DNA of 63,460 nt, the filler included, from Guillardia theta CCMP2712 (taxonomy: Eukaryota > Protista > Cryptophyta), in the NCBI RefSeq assembly GCF_000315625.1. It is 5 parts of 5 records of this genome, joined end to end, with 100 filler letters (N's around TTAATTAATTAA, not from the genome) between each part and the next. Parts side by side here need not be neighbours in the genome. Positions count along the whole stretch, not along the records: positions 1 to 15,520 come from NW_005434320.1; positions 15,621 to 21,358 come from NW_005434201.1; positions 21,459 to 46,280 come from NW_005434490.1; 2 more parts are not named here. One strand, 5' to 3'. The position numbers and the translations under genes were made by a program. The notes under the pieces are model-generated. The model did no database searches. It was given only the letters and a program-made list of their open reading frames with translations, and was not told the origin of the DNA. This document shows positions 13,350-24,357 of the stretch, piece after piece; the first letter of the stretch is position 1, and the number at the start of each line of letters is the position of its first letter.

Positions 13350-14718
13350 CAGCGACCCTCCAGCTCGCCCTCACCTCACCCGCGGAGGAGGTTGGAGTTC
13401 AGGAAGTCTTTCTCCGCCCTCATCGCAATTGACGAGGAAGTGCGTCTCCTGCTCTCCGGGATGTACAGCGGGCGGAACAGATGCACGTCCGTGGAGACTG
13501 GGCGTGCTCCGACAGGAGCTGGTCGCCTCCTCGGGTCATTGCTGGGGACGACCGCAGCAGCAAGGCTCTGTCATGGGCCGTGAGCTGCCCACCACAAAGT
13601 TTCAATCACCTCTCTAGGAAAGTCGCGCATGCCTCCGCCCCCGCCGTTCCTGCCAAGCATCGCCGACCCTGCAACGAAGAGGGAGGAGGAGGCTGCTTCC
13701 GAAGCCTCCCTCCTCACGGCGTCTCTCCCCAGGGAGCTCAGCGTCCCTTGCCGTGGCTGTCCCTTCCTCTGCTCCATCCCAGCATGCAGGGACAAGCTCT
13801 CTTCAATCAGGCCCTGCAGCCGAACTCTCACGTCCTTTCTCCCTCTCTGCTGGCGTCCAGCTCTTGTCCTGTCGTCCTCCTGCCACCACTTGTGACTGAG
13901 CTTGCTCCACTCTGCTGGGTCTGCGACATGCGCACAACGAGAACCCGCGTACGACCTGCCTCTTCCTCCTTCCCCCTCCTCCTCCTCCTTCCCGTCCTTG
14001 GATGGATCCCTCCCCGAAGTGCTCCTCCCTTCTTGTAGCCTCTGCATGGCCAGCGCTGTCAAGGCCTGCAAGACCTGCTGGTACATGGCGTGTCTCCCGT
14101 CCAGAAGGAAAGAGCTTTCCTCCCTGGAAGGAGACGCCTCTCCATCCGACCTCAAGGTTCTTCTCCCCTGACCAAGACGCATCACGCCAGCAGCACTTGC
14201 CCATGTTGCTCTTACCTCGTAGGGCTTACCTGCTGCATCCTCCAGTATCACTTCTTCCACTTCCTCCCGGAACGAGCTTCGATCCTCCCCCTCGGCTTCA
14301 GCGCTGCCATGGCCTGAGACGAGCGGGAGGAGCAGGAAGAACAGCAGACCTGAGGAGGGAGCAACCGACGACTCGGAGGTGGGGAAACCTGCAAAGACAG
14401 TCTCACTATGGAGCCGTGGTGTCCTCCTCCTCGACCTTTCCGCCCAGTCCTGCCACTCGAAGGACTCTTGGGCTGCTGCTCGCGTGTCGCTGGGGAGACA
14501 GTGAGGACCGGGCGTGCTTGAAGACAGCCTTACATGTTCTGCCGGGTGAGGATAGGCTCGTCGCTGGTTCTTCTTCCTGCACGGCAAGTCATGGCGGCGA
14601 CGTTGCAGCATGGCAGACCATCATAGAGGGCGTCTTCGGCATTGCGCAGAGTAGTCAGAATCTTGTGCTGCGCGTCGAGATCGACCCAGTTGTCGTCGTC
14701 GAGAGCCCTGAGCTCCAT
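13350..14718 (-). CDS. Hypothetical multi-exon protein
   Basis: ATG at 14718 (MELRALDDDNWVDLDAQHKIL...), coding-like exons separated by short introns; 3' end uncertain. Confidence 0.4.
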
Positions 14719-15520
14719 GGCCGGGCCTTCATATCATGGGGAGGGGGAAGATGTGTACCAGGGGAGAATGGATGGGGGAGAACAGGGAGAACAGATGGCA
14801 AGATGAGGAGGGTGAAGGGAAACACCTAAGGAAGGGTTTGTTTGCAACGATGGTAGATGGTAGTGACGTAGGGGGAGGATTGAAGGGCGGGGATGGGAAG
14901 TAAGAATGAACTTAAAGTGGGAAGAAGAAAGAAGACAAGGAACGGAGGACGGAGGAGGAGGAGGAGGAGAGGAGGGAGGAGGAGGAGGAGGGGGAGGAGG
15001 AGGGAGGGAGGGGGAGGAGGGAGGAAGAAGTGCGGAGGGGAGGAGGAAGAGGAGGAGGAGGGAGAGGAGGAGGATGGGATGAGGACGAGGACGAGGAGGA
15101 CAAGGCGGACGAGGAGGGAGGAGGGAGGAAGAGTAGTAGTAGGAGGAGGAGGAGGGAGGAGGGGGTGAACGTGTAAACGAGCGAGAGGAGGGGAGGGACG
15201 GGAGGGACGGGAGGGACGGGAGGGACGGGAGGGACGGGAGGGACGGGAGGGACGGAAGGGAGTCGCCCAACCAGGCGAAACCAGTAAACATCTCAATAAA
15301 CATTGAAGATTCAATATAAAATATTGAACTCTGCAAGGGAAGTATTTCTACTATCGACCAAAAAGGGATCAAAATATTCAAAAATACAATAAAATATGAA
15401 AGAAATACTACCACCGATGGCAGTTGATGGGTCCCGTCAAAGTCTCACAAGGGGAGGAGGGAAGGAGGAGGGAGGGAGGAGGGAGCAGGGAGGAGCAGGG
15501 AGGAGCAGGAGGTGGGGGGT

Positions 15521-15620
15521 NNNNNNNNNNNNNNNNNNNNNNNNNNNNNNNNNNNNNNNNNNNNTTAATTAATTAANNNNNNNNNNNNNNNNNNNNNNNN
15601 NNNNNNNNNNNNNNNNNNNN
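15521..15620. other. Artificial contig linker (N44-TTAATTAATTAA-N44)
   Basis: 100-bp spacer with a six-frame stop core, repeated identically four times in the window. Confidence 0.9.
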
Positions 15621-16089
15621 CTAAGGATGCTACATCACATGAAATTGGCGCGCGAGTCAAGCATCTCATCGTCTTCAAGGCTTCGTAAGCCATCTTCACA
15701 TCACGCTCGCACGTACAAGAGAGACATGTAGGTAATAGAATAGAAAGACGTTTATTAGTCTCTCGTTCCCAGTGTGAGTGGGGAGGTTGGCATCAACCGT
15801 CTGCATCCGATGTTTATGTTTATCCGGAGCACTCAGCGTTGTGCGTGCCAGGGCAGAGCTTGATCCCGTCGCTTCCACTGTAAGCAGTGTCCTTGACACC
15901 AAAGTTGCCGAAGATGGTGTGATCGGTGCTGTAATCGTCACCTCCGCCAAAGTTGTCACCATAGTTCCACTTGGCTCCCTTGTTGCCGCTGACCCTCTTC
16001 TGGTTGCTGATGGTAGTAGTGGGCCACTCGGAAGTGAACTTTGGCTCATGGGTGCCACTGACTGTCTCTAGGAGCTGTTGGAATTGCAC
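15621..16089 (-). CDS. Fragment of Cys-rich protein gene (paralogue of the one at 20978-21358)
   Basis: KRLSILLPTCLSCTCERDVKMAYEALKTMRCLTR frame; 15653-15755 matches 21256-21358. Confidence 0.35.
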
Positions 16090-16218
16090 GACTTCGGAGA
16101 ACTGGAGTTCAACAAAATCAAATCAGAGACAAACACATGCTTCCCACTCCAAAGACAGTCATGCATGCATCATCATCAGCAGCAGCCAGCAACAGCAGCA
16201 GCAGCAGCAGCAGCAGCA

Positions 16219-16276
<58 letters not shown>

Positions 16277-16859
16277 TATCATCGTCATCGTCATCATCGC
16301 CATCTTCGTCTTCATCTCCATCATCATCGTTGTCGTCGTCGTCATCTCCATTATCTCCATCATCTCCATCATCTCCATCATCTCTATCATCATCTCCGTC
16401 ACCTCCATCTTCGTCACCACCATGCGTCATCATGTATCGATGTAATATCCCTCCATCTTTCATCTCACCATTTTCTCAGTGGACAACGCGATACCTCAGC
16501 CTCGCTCAGCAGCTCGCAGTTACCCTACCCCCTTCCGAATCTTGGCTATATTTCATTATAAGTTTTTGTTGCATCGGACCTTTCGGACCCCCCACGTTCC
16601 CTGCTTGTGACTACCCGAGCACCCCTCCGTGGTCACTGGTGACTTCCAGATGACCACCCTACTACCCCCCCGGACCTACCGTACTGTGCTCCACTACTGT
16701 GACTTCGGTTTTGCCGAGTAGGTATACATGGACCTTCACTACCACCTTCCTAGGACCTTTATCTGTATGCATTGGATCTATTTCGAGAGTCATAGCGGAG
16801 GGCGACGCTTTTCCGAGTACCCTTGTACCCCCCGGTCACCCACTCTTCTGACCCCTTAT

Positions 16860-18060
16860 AAACAGTCACGGTCCCGATCAGGCTTGGGCCAGTGGTCTGG
16901 CCCGGGGGGGCACCCGGTGCGGCGGGCCCCGGCCCCGGCCGGGCGGCCCGGGATCGTGTCCGACTCGGACTGCGGCGGATGCGTTGAGCTTTCTGCCGGT
17001 GCCACTGGCGGATCGCTCGGCGAACAAGGAAACGGCAGTGCTCGGATTTCGCCGCAAGCCTTCCCGAGTCCCGGTCCCGTCAGTACTCATCCGCGGGGCC
17101 CGTCAGTCCAAGATCACTGAGTCCGGTCAGGCTTTCGTCGGCGCCCTCAGTCCGGGCCGGGGGGTTCATTCTCGCTGTACGGACGCCGGTACGCCGCCGG
17201 ACGGTCGCCTCACGGTTTCTCTTCTCGCCGGCAGTCACTGTGGCCTCACGTACGGCCCGCCGCCCGCCGGTCCGACCCTCACGGCCCGGCGTGCCCGTAC
17301 TGATTTGAGTAACTCAGTTGGCTTACTGTTAACTGAAGGGCCGCCGCCCCGCCGCGGCGGCCCGGCCCGGCCGCGGCCGCCGGGCCCGCCTTGGCCAGGC
17401 CGGAGTCAGTCACGCGGCCGCCGGTTGTGGCGACGCCCGGGGTGGGCACGGCGGTCGGAAATTTGACTCCCGGCGACCGGGTCCCGCGCCGTGACTCGCA
17501 GTGAGGCCGCCCGGCCAACCGTACGGTGACCGTGAGTGCGGCGCGGCGGCGCGGCCGGGGGGGTGGGCCCCGGCGTCCCCGCCGCCGCGGCCAGTGCGGC
17601 CAGTTCAAGGGCGCTAAGTGCCGATCAGGCGTCCGTCCGACGGCACCCGGCGTGCCCGTAATGATTGAATGTAATGCGCAGTGCCGGGGCCCACTGCGTG
17701 TCGGACCTGCCAGTGGGGGGCGGCCCCATGGTCTGCCGTCTGGTATTGAAACCGGGTGCCGTGACCGTTCATTCTGTTCCTTCAGTGCTGTTTACTCAAA
17801 GTTACTGAGTTAAAGATCAGTACTAGGAGGACAATCACTGCCGGAGAGTTGAGGCCCTGGCCTGAGGCTTGACCCTGACACTATCTTGTTCCTCACGGAG
17901 TCAAACTTTCACAGTGAAGTCAAAAATCAGTTTACCTGTGACGGACTCGACCGGACCGCCGAGCCTGGGAGTCCGACGAGTCTCGAGCCGCTGCCCTGAG
18001 AATTTCAAGTGGCAGCGGAGAAGCCTCAGAAGTTCAGCTGGGCTTGCGAAGCCCGGGGCG
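16860..18060. promoter_or_regulatory. GC/CpG-rich island
   Basis: Same composition and word usage as 9800-10640 and 52130-52960. Confidence 0.4.
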
Positions 18061-19685
18061 CTGATGAAGTTCAATGCTGCTACCGGGATCGGATTTTGAA
18101 GCATCTCTAGGGGCGTGCGAGACTGCTTCCTCTCCATGACTATGAGGCAGGTGAGGAGAGCTACGCCAGAAGCTGCTACATCACAGGTCTATGGCGTTTA
18201 CGCAGTCCGGCGAAGCGAATGCTCATGAAACATCGAAAAATCAAGAAGCAAATGTGAACTGGAAGGGGTTTATTGCCCGGTCGATGCTAGGAAGGAACAG
18301 GGAATAGAGAACACATATGAGCGTGGAGGAGAGGAGCCTGAGGGGAGGCACGTACTGAGGGTCAAACGAATTGTAGCTTCTTTTATAGTCCAGCTCCCCA
18401 AGAGACAGAGAATGTTGGATCTTGTCCCAGGCTTCGATCCATCTCACAGGAAATGTCCATGTAACTTCCTTGCTTGGAGGCAAGAGGGAGACAGACCCGT
18501 AGCTTCCAGTGTCCTAGACCAGGTAGGGTCAATACGTCGATGGGACCCCAAGGAGATGACGACAAGCTCCATGGGACCCCTGCTGTCAACCAGATAGCAT
18601 TGGCACGGCCTTCAGTAGTGTATCTGGACCTGACACTCTCTCAACCTCGTTCTCATCACCGTCCCTTTATCAACCATCTCACCACACCAACTACCTCCTT
18701 CAATCTCACTGTTACTTCCCTCACCTACACTATGAGCTAGCTGTAGTCTATGCGCCTGGGCTTGTTTCCAACGTTCCCCTTTTCTAGTCAAAAAGGAATC
18801 TCACGACCCGGCAGTTCTGCCCGACTTCGCTGACCGAGTTGGTCGTGAACCCACCAAGACAAAACTCATCAATCATCACACCATGGAATCCTTGACATGC
18901 TGGCAATCATACGACCTGCAGGCACACATACATGAGAGCCAAGCCGGTCTGCCGAGCCACAGCTAATACACATCAAGGCATGCGATCTGACACTCTTGCT
19001 GGGGTATCGGATCATTGCGTTTGATTGCTTGATTGTGCGACGAGAGAGCCAGACAGCGGAGGTTTGAGGGAACATGATCCTTCTATCTGAAGAGCCTGTT
19101 CCTTGTTCCTCGTACAGGCTAAAGGAAAGGCAAGGGATAGTGCTTGCTGCTGCACAAGCACATTTGTCAAAAGAGCTCTTGCTTCTCACAAGCTGGTGCT
19201 GCTGATCCTGCAAGGATTCAGGGAGGCACGGTCTGTACCCACAAGGCTCTGAGAGCAGCCAGGAGTAATCCTTGCGAGTGTTCGTTATGAGCTACCTTGA
19301 TTAGGTGTAGTAGTAATACTTGGGACTCACAACACATGTATCGTAGTCAATGATGAAGTTTGATATGATGGATAACTTTAGTCTTGATGGGGTTTACTAT
19401 CTGCAGTCTTCACTGCCTTTACAATCTCTAGTCTTGATTTGGTTTACTATGTCTAGTCTTCATCGTGTCCTCTCTTGCTATCAGTCTCCCTTGACTTTGA
19501 TTCTCTCTGGGATAAATCTCAAGTTTGACAGTCCTGGAGGTCAATGGCTCGCATGCAGCATCAACAAGGGGAGCATTGCTTCGCAGGGCTGCTGCTGCAA
19601 GTGCCAAGTCGACTGAACATCTGCAAGAGCCTTAGCGCAAAACTTGATGCAGCGACTGCAGAAGCTGCCGGAGAGCTTCGAGAAT

Positions 19686-19803
<118 letters not shown>

Positions 19804-19856
19804 GATCATCATCATCTCAATCAGGAAGAACGCCTGGTATAAGGATGAGAAGGCGG

Positions 19857-20075
19857 AGAAGGTGGCGATAGTGATGGTGGTCGCAATAGTGAAGGTGGCG
19901 ATAGTGATGGTGGTCGCAATAGTGAAGGTGGCGATAGTGATGGTGGTCGCAATAGTGAAGGTGGCGATAGTGATGGTGGTCGCAATAGTGAAGGTGGTGA
20001 TAGTGATGGTGGTCGCAATAGTGAAGGTGGTGATAGTGATGGTGGTCGCAATAGTGAAGGTGGCGATAGTGATGG
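19857..20075. repeat. 33-bp minisatellite (GAAGGTGGCGATAGTGATGGTGGTCGCAATAGT)n
   Basis: About 6.5 tandem copies. Confidence 0.9.
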
Positions 20076-20977
20076 GGTGATAGTGATGCTCGTGATGGTG
20101 ATGGGGGCGATAGTGATGCTCGTGATAGTGATGAGGGTGATGGTGATGGGGGCGATATTGATGGGGGGGATGGTGAAGGCGGTGATGGTGATGGGGGCGA
20201 TAGTGATGGGGGAGGGAGGTGGGGAGGGAGAGGGGGAGCAGGAGAAGGAGGAGGAGGGAGAGGACGAAGGAGAAGAGGTGGTGACGCAAGTTGAGTCGTT
20301 GTTGTTGTCTGTGCTGGTGGGGGAGAAGGAGAAGGAGATGGTGGATTAGGAGGAGTCGGTGCTGATGGTGATGGCGGCGGCAGAGGAGATGGTGTTGAGG
20401 AGGAGGAGCAGGGTTGAAAAGAGGGGTGATGAGGAAAAGAAGAGTAGGAAAGGAGGACGAGGAGGAGGAGGAAGACGAGGAAGTAGGAGGAGGAGGAGAA
20501 AGTGGAGATGAGCAGGAGGAGGCAGAAGGGGAGAGAGAAGAAGGGGGAGAAAGGAGGTAGGAGGAGCGCAGCAGCACAAGGGGGGAGGAGAGGCAGAGAG
20601 AGGAGGAGGAGGGGGGGTGGAAGGAGGAGTTGATGGGGGGAAGGAGAAGCAGATGAGGGCTGGAGGAGGAATGGAAGAGGGAAGAGAGGAGGAGGAAGAA
20701 GGGAGGAGGGGAGGTGGTGTTGGTTCAAAAACTGAAGCAGAAAAAGTCCAAGGATGAGGAAGAGGAAGCAGGGAGGAGGAGAAGCAGGGAGGAGGAGGCC
20801 AAAATGATCTTTTTGGTTTCTGAATCAGCAACAGCATCTCCATCACATCATCTTCTAAATCATATTCTCTATCAATATCATCATCTCAGTCTCCATCATA
20901 ATCATCATCACATTCATCATAGTCTCGATCATCATCTTCTTCAGGTTCATCATCATGATCATCATTTTTATCAACAT

Positions 20978-21358
20978 CTACTCCGTTATCATTTCTATCA
21001 ATATCTCCATCATCTCCATAACATCATCGTGATCATCTCCATCACCGTCATCATCATTGACATTATCAAATCCACTATTTCCCAACTGGCAGCACCTGCC
21101 GACACCCACAACAAGCTTCGCGCAGTCATCAGTGATGATAGCAGGCAAGCAGACATCAGACTCTGTCTCGCAGCCATCGGTGCTGTCGCCCTTGCGAGTA
21201 TCACAGTCAAGGCAGGTCACATCGACTGGTGTGTGCTTGTGTGATAACGATTGCTCGAGTCAAGCATCTCATCGTCTTCAAGGCTTCGTAAGCCATGTTC
21301 ACATCACGCTCGCACGTACAAGAGAGACATGTAGGTAATAGAATAGAAAGACGTTTAT
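20978..21358 (-). CDS. 3' fragment of Cys-rich protein gene
   Basis: TCLDCDTRKGDSTDGCETESDVCLPAIITDDCAKLVVGVGRCCQLG plus block shared with 15653-15755. Confidence 0.35.
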
Positions 21359-21458
21359 NNNNNNNNNNNNNNNNNNNNNNNNNNNNNNNNNNNNNNNNNN
21401 NNTTAATTAATTAANNNNNNNNNNNNNNNNNNNNNNNNNNNNNNNNNNNNNNNNNNNN
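21359..21458. other. Artificial contig linker
   Basis: N44-TTAATTAATTAA-N44. Confidence 0.9.
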
Positions 21459-21540
21459 AACCTCTCGCTTGCAGCTTCCTTGGCGCCCTGGCGGCTTCCC
21501 CTACACCTGACGAGGAGCCATGCTGCCGAAAATAACGGCT
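21459..21540 (-). mobile_element. 5' end of a third, more divergent copy (A0) of telomeric element A, cut by the contig end
   Basis: 21459-21507 nearly identical to 24196-24244; one degenerate copy of the 5' monomer. Confidence 0.85.
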
Positions 21541-21604
21541 AAAAAAAAAAACCCTAAACCCTAAACCCTAAACCCTAAACCCTAAACCCTAAACCCTAAA
21601 CCCT
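21541..21604. repeat. Telomeric tract: A11 + (CCCTAAA)7 + CCCT
   Basis: Plant-type telomere repeat read directly. Confidence 0.97.
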
Positions 21605-21783
21605 ATTATTATTATTATTATGTGAGTTTATTAGAATGCTAGAATGTTGCTCGGCCTCGTTGTGGGCTTATGCAATTTGATCCTAGTCTAAAGAGGCGCT
21701 CGAGCACTGGGAGTACACGGCCTACAATGCGAACCCTGCTTCTGAGGCGTCTTTCTACTCTCTACTTCTGCTGTCTTCTCTTG

Positions 21784-21995
21784 GCTTCCTCAGCCTCAGT
21801 CAGGAGAGTTGCCTCTCCTCACCTTGGCCTTCGGTCACCACCTACTCTACCTCCATTCAGCTTCCTCAGCCTCAGTCAGGAGAGTTGCCTCTCCTCACCT
21901 TGGCCTTCGGTCGCCACCTACTCCTCCTCCATTCAGCTTCCTCAGCTTCAGTCAGGAGAGTTGCCTCTCCTCACCTTGGCCTTCGGTCGCCTCCA
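21784..21995 (-). repeat. 76-bp tandem repeat (~2.8 copies) in the 3' UTR of A1, each with an AGGAGAG-GCAA-CTCTCCT hairpin
   Basis: Units start at 21784, 21860 and 21936; same array in A2 (~26487-26698). Confidence 0.9.
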
Positions 21996-22021
21996 CCTTC
22001 TCTCCTTACCTTGGGCTCAGC

Positions 22022-24196
22022 TCAAGCTCGGTACGGGCTCGCCCCGTCTTCTTCCTCGCCCTCGCCTTGCTCTTCCTCCATGTCTTCCTCTTCTTCGTCA
22101 TCTTCCCTCATCTCCACTCGCAGTCGGTCCTTCTTGTCCACCTTCAGCGAGCAGGCCAGCACATGCATCTCTGCGAATTTACTCAGTGCTATGAACAGGA
22201 GGCTAAGAGATCGACGCTCTATGTCGTCGCTCTCCGCCTCCTGCTCAAGCTCAGCAGCTGCCGTTGCCCGTGGCGAGAACGCGCTGCCCCTCCTTGCCTT
22301 CTTGCTCTCTCCTTGCACGCGAGTCCAGCGCTTGCTCTGCAGCCACTTCCCCAGCTTCTCCTTGAGAACGTTGCGCCCAACTCCCTGCTCCTCTGGCATC
22401 TTCGCCCACTCTCCCAGCGACATGAACTCCAGGCTCCCCGGAGAGTAGAAGGTGTCGTGGAGGTTGCCAACGGCCTTGTCCAGGACCAGCTTGATCGGCT
22501 CGCTCGTCCCTGCCTCGTTCAAAGAAGCTGCATCTTCGATGACTGCTGACAGCTCGCTGACGAGCTGCATGTCCTCTTGGCTTGACGGAGATGCTGCCTC
22601 CATTGTGATCCTCTCCAGGTCTGTAAACTCCAGCCACTCTCCCTCGCTCTCCTCCTGTCGCTGCGCTGCGTCGCTGGTGCCCCGCTGACCAGCCGCCTCA
22701 GAGTCAGGCTCCTTGTCGAAGCCGACTGCTTCGAGCTTGGTTGCTGCGCCTTCGAGATAGAAGGGCAGCTCCTTCATCATGCGTCGAGCATCCTCCGTGG
22801 AGCCGAGGAGGATGCATAGCTTGGACCCGTTCCAGGACTTGGTGTTCAAATCCTCCTCCATGTCGATGCCTTCAACGTTGATCTCGAGCCTGTTAGCGAT
22901 CTCCAACAAGACTCTCTTGACTCTTGCGATAGACGTGTTGCCGCCGTTGCACAGCCCCTCCATCTCCTTCCTCGTGAAGCGACCAGATGCCGCCGTCGAC
23001 TTGATGATGATCTTGATCTCCTTGCCGTCCTTGCCGCCTGCCTTCTTCTGCATCCTTGATGCCTTCTTCAACTTATTTCTGGACACAAAGCGATCAGCTG
23101 TCAACTCGACTGCGAGCGCCTCTCTGATCTTCGGGTCCTCGCTGAACAGAGTCAGGTGTACTCCCTCCATCGCTTCGCTCTCTCGGAAAGCTCGAAATGC
23201 TGTATCATTCGCCTCTGGGCAGCTCGAGGAGACGATCCACTCCACCTCCCTCTGTCTCCAGATGACGTTGGCCCCTACAGCGATGAAGCCTTTCTGACCT
23301 AAGCCTTTGTGGACTTGCTGTCCTGGCGCCCCAGCGACCAGCATGCCTGCCAGCGGCTGGAGTTGGACCGCTGCAAGGGACTGGCGCAGCAGCTGATAGC
23401 GATAGACGGCAGCTATCTCAGCCGTTGTCATGCCGCCCAAGGTTAGCAGGTGAGTCAGCTCTGCCAAGCTGCCCCCTTTGCCCCAGGGTCCTCTCTTGGC
23501 TCGAATCTTGAAAGATCGATCGTGCACGATGCTCACATGTACAGCTGTGAACTTGCGACCATCGATCGCGAAGTCCTCTCTTCCCTGCCAGAGCTTCTCC
23601 GCTTGTGCATTGCGGAGGAAGGAAACAGTCACCGGGATCTCCTCAGCACTCGCTATCTCGGGTCTATACGGAGCCTTCCACATGATTGCTTTACTCTCTT
23701 GCACTGAGTCTACGATCAGTCCGATCTCTTCAAATTTCTTCTTCAGCTTTTCTTCATGGTTGACATACACCGAGGAGATGCCCAGGAGAGTCATGGAGAT
23801 GAAGGGAGTCACCTCGTTGCCTGCTGAGGCGGTGTATGTCTCGACCTTCTCCTTCTTGGCTTCTTCAATCTGCTGCATAAACCACTCTCTGGATGCGTCA
23901 CTCCATCCAGCCATCGCTTCTTGCAGAAGCTCACGTCGTGCCTGCTGACATGTCGAGCGGATGGCTTCTGCGATAGCGTCGGGGGTGCATCCCTCCACAG
24001 CCTTGCAAGCCTGGGCTGTCCTGCTGTTCGGATAACGCTTCGCGAAGCTCTTCACCCTCTCGACGAGATCAGCTTCGAGGACAGAGGCATCCACAAGTCC
24101 GCTCTGCGTGTATTGGCATGATCTCCGATACAGCAGGTTGCGAACATTTTCATCATACTGAAGAACCATACTTAGAAAGCTATTTGAAGTATACAA
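22022..24196 (-). CDS. ORF1p-like RNA-binding protein with RRM-like folds (~715-724 aa)
   Basis: RRM pattern SMTLLGI...EEKLKKKFEEIGLIVDSV...VTVSFLRNAQAEKL...IDGRKFTAV and another at IKIIIK...KLCILLGSTEDARRMMKELPFYLEG; intronless; first in-frame ATG at 24169. Confidence 0.7.
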   Translation of the reverse strand: MYTSNSFLSMVLQYDENVRNLLYRRSCQYTQSGLVDASVLEADLVERVKSFAKRYPNSRTAQACKAVEGCTPDAIAEAIRSTCQQARRELLQEAMAGWSDASREWFMQQIEEAKKEKVETYTASAGNEVTPFISMTLLGISSVYVNHEEKLKKKFEEIGLIVDSVQESKAIMWKAPYRPEIASAEEIPVTVSFLRNAQAEKLWQGREDFAIDGRKFTAVHVSIVHDRSFKIRAKRGPWGKGGSLAELTHLLTLGGMTTAEIAAVYRYQLLRQSLAAVQLQPLAGMLVAGAPGQQVHKGLGQKGFIAVGANVIWRQREVEWIVSSSCPEANDTAFRAFRESEAMEGVHLTLFSEDPKIREALAVELTADRFVSRNKLKKASRMQKKAGGKDGKEIKIIIKSTAASGRFTRKEMEGLCNGGNTSIARVKRVLLEIANRLEINVEGIDMEEDLNTKSWNGSKLCILLGSTEDARRMMKELPFYLEGAATKLEAVGFDKEPDSEAAGQRGTSDAAQRQEESEGEWLEFTDLERITMEAASPSSQEDMQLVSELSAVIEDAASLNEAGTSEPIKLVLDKAVGNLHDTFYSPGSLEFMSLGEWAKMPEEQGVGRNVLKEKLGKWLQSKRWTRVQGESKKARRGSAFSPRATAAAELEQEAESDDIERRSLSLLFIALSKFAEMHVLACSLKVDKKDRLRVEMREDDEEEEDMEEEQGEGEEEDGASPYRA

Positions 24197-24261
24197 ACCT
24201 CTCGCTTGCAGCTTCCTTGGCGCCCTGGCAGCTTCCCCTACACCACGCGTGCAGCCATGGT

Positions 24262-24318
24262 GCCTGAAATAACCGGCGCTGCCTGAAATAACCGGCGCTG
24301 CCTGAAATAACCGGCGCT
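24262..24318 (-). repeat. 19-bp 5' monomer x3 (GCCTGAAATAACCGGCGCT on +)
   Basis: Three perfect copies abutting telomere repeats. Confidence 0.95.
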
Positions 24319-24319
24319 G

Positions 24320-24357
24320 CCTAAACCCTAAACCCTAAACCCTAAACCCTAAACCCT
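24320..24357. repeat. Telomeric tract CCTAAA(CCCTAAA)4CCCT
   Basis: Read directly. Confidence 0.97.

Larger units (their letters stand above)
21605..24319 (-). mobile_element. Telomere-inserted ORF1-only non-LTR retroelement, family A, copy A1 (~2.7 kb)
   Basis: Sense 3' end TCTAATAAACTCAC-(TAA)n joined to AGGG(TTTAGGG)n; 3x19-bp monomers at the 5' end; one long ORF, no RT; flanked by telomere tracts. Confidence 0.85.

Noticed and set aside
15565-15576. TTAATTAATTAA as a biological palindromic site
   Set aside because: Always centred in 100-bp N runs; six-frame-stop assembly spacer.
21359-21604. Interstitial telomere or chromosome fusion joining the gene-rich left region to the array
   Set aside because: The join is an artificial N-TTAATTAATTAA-N linker, so adjacency is unsupported.
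21784-21995. Hammerhead ribozyme in the 76-bp repeat (CUGAGGA present on the sense strand)
   Set aside because: Followed by AGCU-GAAU rather than stem II plus GAAA, and no convincing stems I/III; an Infernal search would settle it.
24158-24198. 41-nt GT-AG intron at the start of ORF A
   Set aside because: Splicing would put the upstream ATG in frame only through a TAG, and a sense intron should be lost on retrotransposition; needs RNA-seq.
24262-24318. 19-bp and 76-bp repeats as CRISPR arrays
   Set aside because: Units are directly adjacent with no unique spacers, no cas genes, eukaryotic context.
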